A DNA stretch of 63,730 nucleotides, filler included, from Lenisia limosa (Eukaryota > Protista > Breviatea), in NCBI GenBank assembly GCA_001655205.1. It is 12 parts of 12 records of this genome, joined end to end, with 100 filler letters (N's around TTAATTAATTAA, not from the genome) between each part and the next. Parts side by side here need not be neighbours in the genome. Positions count along the whole stretch, not along the records: positions 29,053 to 40,240 come from LPNZ01002052.1; positions 40,341 to 44,747 come from LPNZ01002864.1; 10 more parts are not named here. One strand, 5' to 3'. Below, piece after piece: positions 30,888 through 43,091 of this stretch. Made by a program: the position numbers and the translations under genes. Below the pieces are notes generated by a model, which saw only the letters and a program-made list of their open reading frames with translations, was not told the DNA's origin and ran no database searches. The stretch's first letter is position 1. Every line of letters begins with the position of its first letter.

Positions 30888-33871
30888 ATGATGGTTGGCA
30901 ATATTCGATGTTATTATCTATTTTTCCGCTCTTAATTCGGCGTAGTCATTGAAAACTGGTGGGTTATTGGTTGCATCATTGGCTCTGTTCATTGCACTGA
31001 CAAGCTTCGCTTTGAGGTAAAGTTCTCCACTTTATTTGCAAATATTACTATTATAAATAAAATTGAACTTAGGTTTCTTAAGACATTATTATAATAGCAT
31101 ATTTTGTTAAATGTTCTTTCCCCACGTACCATCGCTTTTCTCGTATGCTGCATACCATTGCGTAATTACCCTGGAGTTTGAAGTCTCTTCAGGGTGTATT
31201 TTTTGACTGGCTAGATTTATTTTTACTATTTTGCTTAACATGCATCTTCATGTCCTCTGCCTTTCTTTTGAATCACCTCGCAGTGCCGTCCGAGTGACCG
31301 TTCATTCTTGTGATGTCTATTACCCTGCGCCACTGTCAACGGTCATTGGTGCCGCTGAGTAAGCAGTATTGGCTGGGTCGCCTTCTGACTTATAACCAGG
31401 TCGATATATGCCTTCTACCAAGCCGAAGGATTCAGTGGGCTCTTTTCCTCAGCGTATGAAGTTGCACAAAGTGAACTCTTTTCAGAAGTCTACCCTGGCC
31501 TTGTTGACAAGAAGGTTGAGGGATTGGAAAAGGGGAGGAAGAAATACTTGTATGTCGATATACTTGGAAAAAAGTTAACTAACTATTCATGGCAGGACGG
31601 AGGGAAATATTGCCTCAGCTGATAATCACACACGCAAAATATTCACTCATTTATACAATATTCAGAAGAAATGTAGCATAACTATGCTTTTGTTATTTCC
31701 CATTTACTGATAGTGGTACCTATTTATTACCATAGACATGGGGAGGCACACAGAAAGCTGTGTACACAGAGTTTTGGCAAATGATTGGGTGAATTAATAT
31801 TATACTTTTATCCAAATTAAAAGCGTGATGGTGTGGACGATATAATAGGTATATTTGTTTATTTGTTTTTTAAATGGGATAAAGAGGGGTTTTTTTTTTT
31901 AAAAAAAATATATATTTTCCAGTGTTTTTTTTTATTTTGCTTAACGATATAGGTCCTGCTCATCGGTAGTGGCTATATTGAGCAGTTCGTATTTAGAGCT
32001 CAGAGGATGGGGGTAAAGATTGTTATGATTGATAATCGCCATAAGCTTACTCAAGAGTCAATTGACTCCGTCTACAAGTGAGTTGACTAATGTAGGACCA
32101 ATTTTTGTCAATTTGATTAGTTATTCGCTTAATTTCCCAGGTTTATTCACATCAACGACTTCAGTAGGCTATCAATTGAAGATCCGGAAGCGATCTATGA
32201 GATCGTACTGGGGAGGGGGGATCCACCTGTAAGAATAATCACGTTTAAAGCTCCAGTTAGGATTTACTCTTTTAGGTGAAAGACTTTGGCCCTTTCGATG
32301 GAGTAACTACTTTGGTGGAGGACCAAGGTTCTTTGGCTTCTTCATTTTTACATCTTTTTCAAATGCACATTTGGATGTAATAAGTTTAGGTCCACTGGCT
32401 GCTCGCCTTGCAGCCAAATTTGGTGTCCATGGCCATCCCATTGAGGCAGCTGACTTTGCCCGCGACAAGACTGCAGTCCGGCAGCGAATGGAAGAAATGG
32501 GGTAGGTCAATTGTTGTTTGCGGTCCTGTTTTGCATGTCAAACTTTTCATCTTGAGCAGATTGTAATTATTTAGTTCGAAGTTCCACTCCCCCAAGCACA
32601 TTTCTATCAAAAGCCGCGATGAGGTTGCTGCTGCTGCGGAATACATCAAATTTCCTGCCTTTCTCAAGCCTGTCTTTGGAGTAGCTGCCTCCTTTTCTGC
32701 TGAGGTTTGACAAATAAGATAGTACTTCAAATTGTTGAACGATATTGATTTAAATAGGTTCTGAGTGAGGAGCATCTTTATGAGCTTTATGACGAGTTTT
32801 CTGCCAATGTCAAGGACACAGCAGTATGCTAAGTGACAATATGTATCACTTTTTTTCTCTCTGGTTATTCTCTAGTCAAATCCTATCTTCCATTATGGCC
32901 ACGAGTTAATCCTAGAAGAAAAAATTACCGGTTTGTCTTGTCCCTTTGAAGTATAGTAGTATATATTTCAATCTACAATAATCCTCTTCCCAGGATTTGA
33001 GCTTCAGTTTGAGATTGTCCTTTTTGAAGGAGAAGTTCTTTTTGAAAGCTATTCCTCAATGTATGCACCAGATAGGTCGTACGTTACCTTCCCTGCGAAT
33101 TGGACTGAGTCACAGAAAGATGACATTTTAAGTCTTGCTAAAGGTTTGTGATGTAGTCGAGAAGCTTAATTTTCTTTATATTCTCTGACTGTTTTTTAAC
33201 CATTTTAGAAGCGATCAAGGCAACAGGGCTCACACATGGAATTGTAAGGAAGGGAAACTATATTGGGTGGATTCTAACCTCTTTAGATTCACAGCGAAAT
33301 GTTTATGACGGAGTCAGGGCCAGTTCTGATTGAGATCAACAATAGATTATCTAGAGGTTGGGGTTATAATAACTCTTGTCTAGGCTTTTATGATGCTATT
33401 TGTATCATATCTTCTCTCATCATGTCTGGTATTGGTGACTCTTTAGGGTTCCTCATGATGAGACACATGCACCAGGTCCTTTTTGCGTACAACCTTGTTG
33501 GTAAGATGGGGGCGGACAGTATCGCGTGGAAGCCATTTGACCATGTAGACTGGTACGCGGCTGTGCTTCAATTGGCAGTCGGACAAAAGCCCGAGGTGGT
33601 CCGTCGCTCAGCTGTCCCCCTGAACATCGCAACTTTCCCCAATATCCCATCAGAAAATGGCTGGGAAACTTATTCTCCATGGTTTGGTACTGCTGCTTCA
33701 CTTTTATCCTTTGCCCACAACAGGTTTTAACGTTATTAGTGCACTTTATGTTAGTGGCGCCACCAACTCCAATATCGCTGAAGGTAATTCAGGTAGTATT
33801 TAGTAGTAGATATGTTATTTTTCTTGATGAAATTCGTTTTCGACCCAAACAATCCATTCCTGCTGCAATAG
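30888..33871 (+). CDS. ATP-grasp ligase (L-amino-acid ligase / carnosine-synthase-like)
   Basis: Rossmann-like VLLIGSGY...GVKIVMID, DGVTTLVE..PLAARLA...ARDK...RQRM, IKFPAFLKPVFG and GPVLIEINNRLS. Many 40-80 nt introns. Start and last exon are approximate. Confidence 0.75.
31739..31860 (+). repeat. Family D/E copy (intronic)
   Basis: Internal segment followed by the reverse arm GCGTGATGGTGTGGACG. Confidence 0.8.
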
Positions 33872-33926
33872 AAAATACATATCTATATATATATATAAGT
33901 CAATAATAATTTTGAATTCAAGGGTT

Positions 33927-35470
33927 TCATATTTCTCTGAGCCAAAAGCGGACGAAAGACCCTGCTTCACTGTTGCCATTGCAGCCCACATGAACCTGAA
34001 GATTCGCTCCATCAACACTAAATGATGCTCTAAAGAGGTTAACACCAAACTATAAAGGCCCTACTGATGACTTGCCCAAGATCCTGTTCCACCAGCTCCT
34101 GAACAGAGTCCAATACCAGTGTATTTATAAGTATCGTTCTGAAGCGTTAAGGCATAGTATAATACTACTATACAAAGAAGGCCAACTCACCTCAATAGAT
34201 CCGCACACGAAATATGTGTGGCGATAAAGATTATCAAAGGAAAGCATTCCCCAGTCCGAGCTGGCATAAGTGCCCTTAGTGCCAGGAGTAAATGGATAAA
34301 AATCTAAAAAAGATGAAGTTTAACAATAAACACAACCTACCCATTTCTGATAAGAAGATAGAAAAAGAGTCACCAGAGGCGACTTTACAATCAGCACCAA
34401 GTTTCATGTTTGAAGGGAAGTCTGTGAGCGGATGGAAACCTGAGTAGCTTGACGGGTTATTAGACACCTGTTCAAGTTAATGAAAAGAAGTAGTTCAATA
34501 AATGAAATTACAGAGTGCAACAAACTTCAGTGGCGCCATTGGCAAGAAGGGGGAGCCTTGGGTCGTAGTCGGCATTGGCAGTCGCTCCCTGTCTGATTCC
34601 TCCAAGATAGTACGATCCAGTGCTACCGCAGTACACTATAACATTAAAAATATAAGTATGATTGAACCCCCTTACCATTCTTCACAACACCCCGTAGAAA
34701 CACTTGGTAATGCCCATGAGTTCCTCCCGCGGTGACAGCCTCGAGACATGAATCGTCTGAAATGTCATATACAAGATAGTAGAAAAGATACATCAACAAA
34801 AAGCCTCTTTCAAAAGGATACACCCCCTCCAACAAATGGGGCAAGTGGGAACCCCGCTCCACCCGTCAGCCTTAGTACAAGAAATGGTACTATTGGATGG
34901 GACAACTTCGCCAGGACAGTTGACCTAAAAAAGAGGATAAACAGCATGTGGACGAGAATTACTGAGTCCCCCTCACTCTACATAATCCTTCTCCATTGTC
35001 ATAAAATGGGGGGAAACAACGGATAGTGGCACCTCCTCTCATCATTGGTTGGCTAAGACATCTCTAAAGCTGTCAAACAATACTTTTGTAAAGCTACAAT
35101 GAACACGGTCCTACCTCATCTTCCAGCTCTTTCAGCCTCATGAGAGCGGCATCATAAGTGACCTTGGTGATGGGGTGGCTATCTTCAGTGGCAACCTCGA
35201 ATGAACCGACAAGACCAGTAGGACTATTAAATGTTAGAAGGTGGGTGACGAAAAACCGGTATGGCACCTCATGTATCTCACATTCACAATAAATTGAATG
35301 TTGAATAGAATAGATAACACGGAATCAAGACTTCGACCGAAGCCTTAGGCCTGACTTTTCTCCTCCTTTCACCCTTCTCACCCTTCAATCAGTGCACTTA
35401 AGCCGCAGCAGACACATAAAGCGAATGTCAACGCCAATACATAATTATGCGACACCATATTCACACTCAG
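33927..35470 (-). CDS. Probable secreted protein with a sushi/CCP-like module
   Basis: RCHYPLFPPFYDNGEGLCR|VNCPGEVVPSNSTISCTKADGWSGVPTC fits the sushi C...C...C..G.WS..P.C pattern. Possible signal peptide MVSHNYVLALTFALCVCC near 35470. Exon model is partly ambiguous. Confidence 0.45.
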
Positions 35471-35802
35471 ACAACTGCAACTTTGCATGCAAGAATCTTC
35501 CAATTATGATGCTTGCTGGTGTGCTGCCAGTCAGCTGCTAGTGTAGAGTTATATGTTGTTTTTGTTGTCCTATAATTGAGTAATTTGGGAGTAATTGAGT
35601 AATATAAGAGTAAATAAAAGAAACATTTTTGGAAAAAAGGGAGGCGTGCGTGGCGTGCGTGCGCCTAGGAGGCCCTCCTCTTATACAATATTTTACTCCG
35701 CTTCAACTCCGCTTCTCCCTTTTTGCACAGTAACAGGCTCAAATACACTTTTACACTTTTACATATACAATACATATAGAAACACTAAACTCCTATATTC
35801 CA

Positions 35803-38191
35803 TTATGGCTTCTTTGGACGTCGTTTGTTCACCTCTTCTGCTTCCTGGATTTTAACCTCCAAGATCTAGATGACATTAGTTGGTCACAAGTGAATATAAA
35901 AATGAAATACCAATAAAATAAACAAGAGTAGAATTCAGAAGAGTAAATGTTCTCCCAAGTGCTAGCCTACCTTTTCATGAGCAGAGAGGCGTTGTGACAT
36001 TTGACTTCGGAAATCTGCCAATTGCAGGGAGACAACTGAAGAAGTTAGCTCAGAATAAAGAGAATTACTTTGCTTCTTTCATTTCGACACATAGGAAAAA
36101 AACGCTTTTTTCAAAATGAGGTGTTCCTGGTCCACCATGGAGACAGCTTACTTTGTTGAGTTAGAGATTCGAGGTGCTCCTTTGGCACAGTAGCAATTGC
36201 CCTAGCCATTTCTTCTAATCGCTGAGCTTCAGCTTCCTGATTGGATAAATATGTCTTTACTACGGTTCGCTGCAAAAAAGATACCTTGAAAACTCCTTTT
36301 ACCTCAGCATCCCTTTTTTTCTGCTCTTCAATTAAACGTTGTTTTTCGCGCACCCTGTCCTCTTCCTCCTTAAATGGTAAACCAAAAGGTGTTTAAAAAA
36401 TATGTTGAATGGAAGAACAGCCCACCTCAATAAGCTTCTGTTTTGCAAGATCCTTTGCGTTGTTCCATTCTACTAGAGTTTTCGCAGTATGGAGCGGTTC
36501 AGGAAAGGGAGCGGTCTCAATGAAGGTTTTGACCCCAAAGGTTGTGTGTGTTCGAGGTGTGGTAAGGACGGTCTGTGGAAAGTGAGACTGCGGTTACAAA
36601 ATCCCATTCCAGAAAAAGGAAAAGAAATATCAATCACATTTCGCCAAACTAGCCTACTTGGAAAAGTGAAAGATGGGAAAACAGGGAATTCGATAATTCT
36701 GTTGCAATCAATTTAGCCTGGTATTGTCAGAAAAGAGTAAATCAGGAACTACTACTGATTTAAGAAATACAACAAAACAGACCTCTTCAATTGAGAACAG
36801 GTCACAAGAATGTTGTCCTGGACCATTGCTGTGACTCATCAAATGATGACGGAATCTCTCAAAAACTGCAGGCAAGGCTGGGAATTCTCCTAAGATAGGA
36901 AGACTCAGACGAAGGAAAATAAGATGATGAATAAATATTTCTGAAAAGATATTAAGAACGAACTGAGCAAAAAGAAATTTCATCCGGAAGAACAGATAAC
37001 CAATTCACTCACCATTCTGTTCAAGCGTAGAAAAATCCAGAACTATATTGAAGATACTGAAAACTGTGCTCAGCTAAAAAGAATGATTGAGGGTTTTGAA
37101 AAAAAAAAAAAAAAGATCTGAACATGCCAATGTAATGAAATGTTGACTTGACAATGTAGCTTTACGTTTTAACACTCACTTTGACAGGACTGAAGCCTTG
37201 CGTGACAAAAGGAAGCATATTGCCAATATAAGCCTCCACCAATGCACTTGAAACTAAAGATGTTCTGAAGTCGGCTTTATTGATGACTGATGCTACCAAT
37301 CTTGAAAGTGTCAGGCAAATCGACACAGGTTCAAAACAAAAAAAAAATATAATCACAACAAACAGAACCGTTTTACTCAAGCAAGGAAACGTTGTCCCCA
37401 CAAACAGTGAAGCTTTCCCCCAGTCTTTCTTGGAAATGTGGTTGCTCAGTTTCTACATAGTGATGGAACATTAGCTAATAAGGGTATTTCCTGAAGCCTA
37501 CCACAGTATCCTCATAGCTTAGCACTCTGAACGCCAAACATGATGGATTTTCCAAGGCAAATTTTTCATCTTCTGATGTCTGATGTGGAGACCTTTTAGG
37601 TATCACGCTGCAACGTGATAAATAACAGAAAACAAGAGCNNNNNNNNNNNNNNNNNNNNNNNNNNNNNNNNNNNNNNNNNNNNNNNNNGGAGTTGCAGGA
37701 GGCAGCTCAAAACAAAGACGCAAACCTGTAAGTTATTTTCCCTGATGGTCGAGGTGACCCAATCCACACTAAATTGTAAGTCAGGAGTCAGGAAATGCTT
37801 ACGAAATGAGGGTATGAGACGGACTAGTGACAGCCCATGTCATAGCTTCCTCGGCTAGTACATTGATGTCCTCCTTCATTTTGCTCGCAACCTTGCCACC
37901 AGCTCTCTAAAAAGTGACTTCGAAAAAAACACCCAATAAAGTACCATTACTCTTCCCCAATTCTTTCCCACTTATATTAAAGACTCAATATTGTTAGAAA
38001 TAAGCCAGATTTCAAAGAGGATGATGAGAGTGATCACAAACCTGGAACATTTCGACAATGGATTCCCTTGAGGGGAGTGAGCTCGGGATAAATACTGATA
38101 TTGCTTTATCCTTTATTGAAAACAGTGATGGCGGCTCCTTAGACGACTTTCCTTCGCCATGGCCCCTCTTTTTGTCTCTTCTAGAAGACAT
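35803..38191 (-). CDS. Multi-exon protein of unknown function with C-terminal coiled coil
   Basis: ATG (MSSRRDKKRG...) at 38191 and GT-AG bounded exons through ...EKQRLIEEQKKRDAEVK... to ILEVKIQEAEEVNKRRPKKP* at 35803. Confidence 0.6.
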
Positions 38192-38415
38192 ATTCCGGGC
38201 TTTATCAATATGAAAAACTGAAAAACTGTTAAAATTTACTGGTTACTCAACAAACTGACAAAAGGGGGAAAAGGGAACAAGTATTCGTGTAATAAACTGA
38301 TCAGTGATCTCAAAATTACCGGGAGATGTTTGTATCGAAATAAATTTTCGAAAACTATCGAAGAATTCAAAAAAGATCGTCATAATAAACTTAATACCGG
38401 TTGCCTGGTTACGTT

Positions 38416-38487
38416 AGCCACGTAGCGTAGTGGAATCGCGTCCGCTTCCTAAGCGGAAGGTCGAGGGTTCGAACCCCTTCGTGGCTG
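38416..38487 (+). tRNA. trnR-CCT: tRNA-Arg, anticodon CCT
   Basis: Acceptor stem AGCCACG/CGTGGCT, D-arm GCG-TAGTGGAAT-CGC, anticodon stem TCCGC/GCGGA with loop TT-CCT-AA, T-loop TTCGAAC. Followed by a T-run Pol III terminator. Confidence 0.95.
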
Positions 38488-38642
38488 TTTTTTTTATAGT
38501 ATTTCTTTTACTCCCCTACCTTTTTTTGGCTTTTTGTTTTTTGGGCCTTTTTCTTTTTTCAGACAATTAAATAAAAGACTTATATATCAAAGACCTCCAG
38601 TTCATCTTACACCGGGTTTGGCCTTATAGCATAAAAGACTTG

Positions 38643-40240
38643 ATGGGGAAAGGCTTTAATCCATCGCTGGAGGTTTACCCTCTCAAGTTTGATGGGCTTT
38701 TTTTGCAAGCTGTTGTTATATAAAGTCATAATGATGGGGCACTCACTTACCAGGTACTTCTATGCCGAATTTCTTGTTTCCCAGTGGAAAGAGGGCAATC
38801 GTCTTGAGAGGGTAAACGATGAAGTACCTGCCGTTAACCCAGTCACGCCTGAGCTTGAATTGATGTTTTATTGCCTTTCTCAACAAGTTTGTTTGGTGAA
38901 ATTACATTTTGTTTTTGGAACTCTGGACAGGGTGTATTCCATTAATCAATTCCCCAATTCCACAAATACAAGCAACAAGTACTGTTCTTGGGAAACAAGA
39001 TTTTTCAAAAATATTTTTTTTGAACCTTTTCAACAGTTGTACAACTCCTATGCTCTTCAGTGTTGTGATTACCAACACAGGCCAATTATGGAACCTGCAG
39101 CGAGCCCCGGCCAAGCTATTGGACAACAAGCACTGAGGACTTGGAAAAGTGGAAAAGTTGGTGGCTATTTTTTACAGTTATGTATCTTTAAATATTCAAT
39201 CTCTCTAGAGTGGAATGAATTAGGAGACATGAACAAATTTGAAGCAATGCGACTCTTTGTGAAGGCGCTTGAGTTTCACGACAAACATTGGGGCTTGAGA
39301 GTTGACAAGGGAGTGAGAGGGCTGTCTTCTTTACATAATAATATTTTTTTTGTCTTTTCAGAACAGCAACTCACTTAGCAGGATGTTGCTGAAAGTGGCG
39401 AGTCGGAAGAGGAGCCTGAAGTTGAGGTGATGGAGCCGCGGCCGCAGGTGGAGGAGAAGGATTATCCAAAGGTATGTTGGGCCTTATTGCAACAACGCTT
39501 TTATCGAGATTTATACGTTAGGAGGACGGCGTGTCAGTTGAAATAGAGGCGGCATCAGAGCCAGCTTCCGAGTCTGAACAGCCTTTACCGCCGATTTCTC
39601 CAGCTCCGACGATGTCCCCCAATATTTATGACAGTAGGTTTGGTTACCTTTGTTTCTTTTCATATTACTTGGGGTTTATCCTTGTAGACTGGACACCATT
39701 ACTTGGGGTTTATCCTTGTAGACTGGACACCGTTACCCCTTGCTCAAGCAGCAAGATATGGATGTGGTGTCTGTGAGGTAGGAAATAGATGTTTACCATG
39801 TCATCATTTTCTACATTAACTTCTCCCATAAAAACAGGTTAGTATATTCAACATATTTTGATATTCATACCTTTGCAGAAGAATAACCTAACTGTTTGTC
39901 ACTATTTTTAATGTCATGACCTTAAACACAGGGTGAAATGTCTGGGGAAGAAGTTTGCCTGCTTTCTGGTGGAATTGGAAAACGAGGATCCCTACTTTCT
40001 GATACTGTTATTCTAAAAAAAAGTGGGCCTTAAAGGAAAATGATATTTAAGAATATACTCCCTTTTGTTTTGTTTTTTTGTTAAATTTATCTTTTCAGAA
40101 GACTTGACTGTTTTGGATGTTCCAGTCAGTAGTCCGCCTGTTCCACGGGCTTTCCATGCCGCTGCTCTTCTCGGCTCAATTCTTGTAGGGCCAATCTATT
40201 GATGTCCTTTCTCTCTCATTTTTTCAGCTGATTTATGGCG
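38643..40240 (+). CDS. Acyl-CoA-binding (ACB) domain plus kelch-repeat protein (ACBP4/5-like), 5' part
   Basis: YPLK|YFYA...LMFYCLSQQ|ANYGTCSEPRPSYW...EKWK|KWNELGDMNKFEAMRLFVKAL...W, then an acidic linker and the kelch motif PPVPRAFHAAALLGSIL|LIYG. Truncated by the scaffold end. Confidence 0.85.
39664..39731 (+). repeat. Perfect 34-bp tandem duplication spanning a 3' splice site
   Basis: ATTACTTGGGGTTTATCCTTGTAGACTGGACACC x2. Confidence 0.9.
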
Positions 40241-40340
40241 NNNNNNNNNNNNNNNNNNNNNNNNNNNNNNNNNNNNNNNNNNNNTTAATTAATTAANNNN
40301 NNNNNNNNNNNNNNNNNNNNNNNNNNNNNNNNNNNNNNNN
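40241..40340. other. Artificial scaffold spacer 6
   Basis: Same 100-bp structure. Confidence 0.97.
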
Positions 40341-41784
40341 CCATGTGATACGCCTTGAGAAAAGATATTATGTTAATGTAGCTCTTGACTTGTTTTAAGC
40401 TTCATTGTTTTCCATCCGTCTCAACTGTTCCCCAATAATTATATAAATGTCAAAAGAGCATTGTTGAACGAGTTGATTTCTAATTTCTCACAAAGCAACT
40501 GTTTCATTCACAACATTTCCCCCGCCAATTCAATTCGCAAGCTTCACATCAATCTAACCACTCTCTTATAACCACTCTCTTATAACAGTTATCTGAACAT
40601 CCTTGAATTTTATAGTTTAATGAGCTTCTTTTTAACAATCCTCTTCCCCCAAATCCGCTTACCATCAAGAGGGATCACAACCTCATCTGTGTCTGACATC
40701 CTAAAACATGGTCAGCAATATTAGCTAGATATTATCACAATTAGAAGTGGACAATAGTTTGAGGAAAAGGTGCAGTCATGGAGAGGCGTTTAGCTTCAAG
40801 ACAAAGATATGTTGAATAAAACCAATGATGTACTCTTCCTCCTACCTCTTAATGGAAATGCCAATACCGTAGCAACAGTTTTAAGAGAAAGAAGGCACAT
40901 TTTCCATTTTCCTCAATTTTTCCTTCCCCGACCTGGCTCCTTCCGGCTCGACCGCGTCGGTACTAAGACCCCCTTCATTTCAGGTGGGACCGGGGAAATT
41001 TTCCCTATAAAGAAGTCCGGCGGCGTGAAGCTCTTTGTTTTCAAATGTTACAAAATGCCCCCTCTTTCATCGTAAATCCTCTCATTGACATCAGAGCGCC
41101 AAAACGCGCATTAGCAAATAGAGGAGGCAGGAATGATGAACGTCAACAGTGGTGCTGACGATCTGATGACACATCCGTCGCATACGCAACCCAGCACCGA
41201 TCAAGCCTCTAATGAAAGGTACAGATGTTAGGGTAATCGTGTTACATGGAAGCCAACTTTATATTCATTGAAGGATGCGATATGCAACTTCTTTTCTACT
41301 GATTGAATGATAGTTAGTTTTGACAAAAATTGTCATAGTATTACTTGGCATTCTTTTGTATCATACATGTTCTCCTTCAGGAAAAAGCTTGCTGTTGTAA
41401 TGGTGTTCTTTTGCAAGTTAACATCTTTAGTGAGCCTCTTTTAACCGGGAGAAAGGGACGAAACGTCGCGCCTCCATGGTATGCTGGGAAGATGGTGGTA
41501 GACGCTGGATGGATGGACATAGTGGTTGGTCTGTAATAATGATGTATTAGGATGATTGGTTGGGTGATGTGCAGGATAATGGGAGGGGAGTAATGGTGCT
41601 TAGTTGATGAGAATGATGGCGTAAAGTTAAAATGAAATGTGATTGTTTTTGTTTTGTTGTCAAGAGCTACCAAGTTGATACCTTCAAGAACCTCTTCTCA
41701 AGGCCCCTCTTTAAGTTGTAGATCTTACTTTTTAAAATGATTTTTTACAAAACAATAATTCCCTAATTGTACCAGCTCCTATCT

Positions 41785-41885
41785 TGAGCGTCACTCCGCG
41801 ACGAAATAAAAGACTGAATTTCTCGCTAAATCCTGGCGAAATTTCAATATTTACCAGGCTTAATCGGACCAAAATAAGACACTAA
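41785..41885. mobile_element. MITE family A copy, degenerate
   Basis: AAAAGACTGAATTTCTCGCTAAATCC core. Confidence 0.6.
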
Positions 41886-41894
41886 CCGCAACAG

Positions 41895-42858
41895 GTGGTG
41901 GAACGCGTGGCCAAGTGTCCCGGTTCGGCACTTCTTTGCAGTGATCACCATCGTGTATCTGCTCTACGTGTTCGGCAAAGACACTTTCAAGCCAGTCCTC
42001 GAGAATAACGACATTGATGGGTGGAAGAATGTTGGGCTTAGTCCGCTTTTTTGATAGAAATGCAATAAATAAAGTATTCGTTTTTATTCCCCCTTTTTTG
42101 TTTTATCCTTTTCCTGACTTCCTTAGTCCTTCAAGAACTCTGGGTGGCTCCTTATGGCGTCATTCTGTCTTGGTGGTATCTTCGCAACTAAGAAGTCCAT
42201 CCCTTGGGTCTGTGGGCTTGGCTACCGTGATGATCATGTTGCTTGATAGCATCTATAAGCTATTATCATACTAATATTGTACGAATTAGTATAAATCATT
42301 CTATTATCAAGAGATAAAAGGTTACACCATTGCGAACTTTATAATAATGTGTTTTATATATCAAATAGTATATCATAATATATTTACTGAGCTTCACGTT
42401 AAAATAGCATGTATTTCCTATCTAAGCTGATACTTAAGTATAGGGTAGACCCCTTCTATGTAATCCTTTAGTTTGTGTTCAGACTCTCTCACGCGGACAC
42501 CTTGTGTTATCACATTTGGCTCAACTATTTGGTAGGGCATGGGGTTGTTTTCATTTCTGATATGATATACTACACACATAAAAAAAAAATATATCACAAA
42601 AAAACGAAATTTTTTTAATAAATCATCGATACCGAAGTCCAATGTAAAGCAACAGTGTTTGGTTTTCTCCAAGGTTATAAAACTATGAACATCGGCAAAC
42701 CATTTGCTTGTTATAATCTCCTCCAGGCTCTTCTCCTTCTCTTCTATCACATGTTTGGCATCTTCTTTCTGTGGTATCACAAAAAGAAGAACCTCCGAGA
42801 CAAGCTCAGTAAGCCACGAATCGGTTTCAAAACTCAAGCTTTGTCTATACTATCATAA
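41895..42858 (+). CDS. Probable multi-pass membrane protein, partial
   Basis: Hydrophobic exons RHFFAVITIVYLLYVFG, GWLLMASFCLGGIF and ALLLLFYHMFGIFFLWYHKKK...* with GT/AG boundaries. Confidence 0.4.
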
Positions 42859-43091
42859 AAAATCATGAAAACCCCTGACAACATTTTATCAAGAATCCAT
42901 GTATAATAATGCTTTACCGTCTCCTCATATCATCTTTGCGTGAAAATTTTGGGTGAAATTATTAGTATTATATTTTCGTAGACATTACTTGTACGAAGCT
43001 GTTGAGTTCACGTAACACACAGTGTATGTAGTAATAAAGCATACATTATATATATATATCATATCATACATATATATATAGTATATTATAT

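Noticed and set aside
34190-34400. RCC1-like motifs (VASGDSFSIFLSEMG; QLGLGN)
   Set aside because: The two motifs are in different frames and the QLGLGN frame hits a stop; there is no consistent repeat series.
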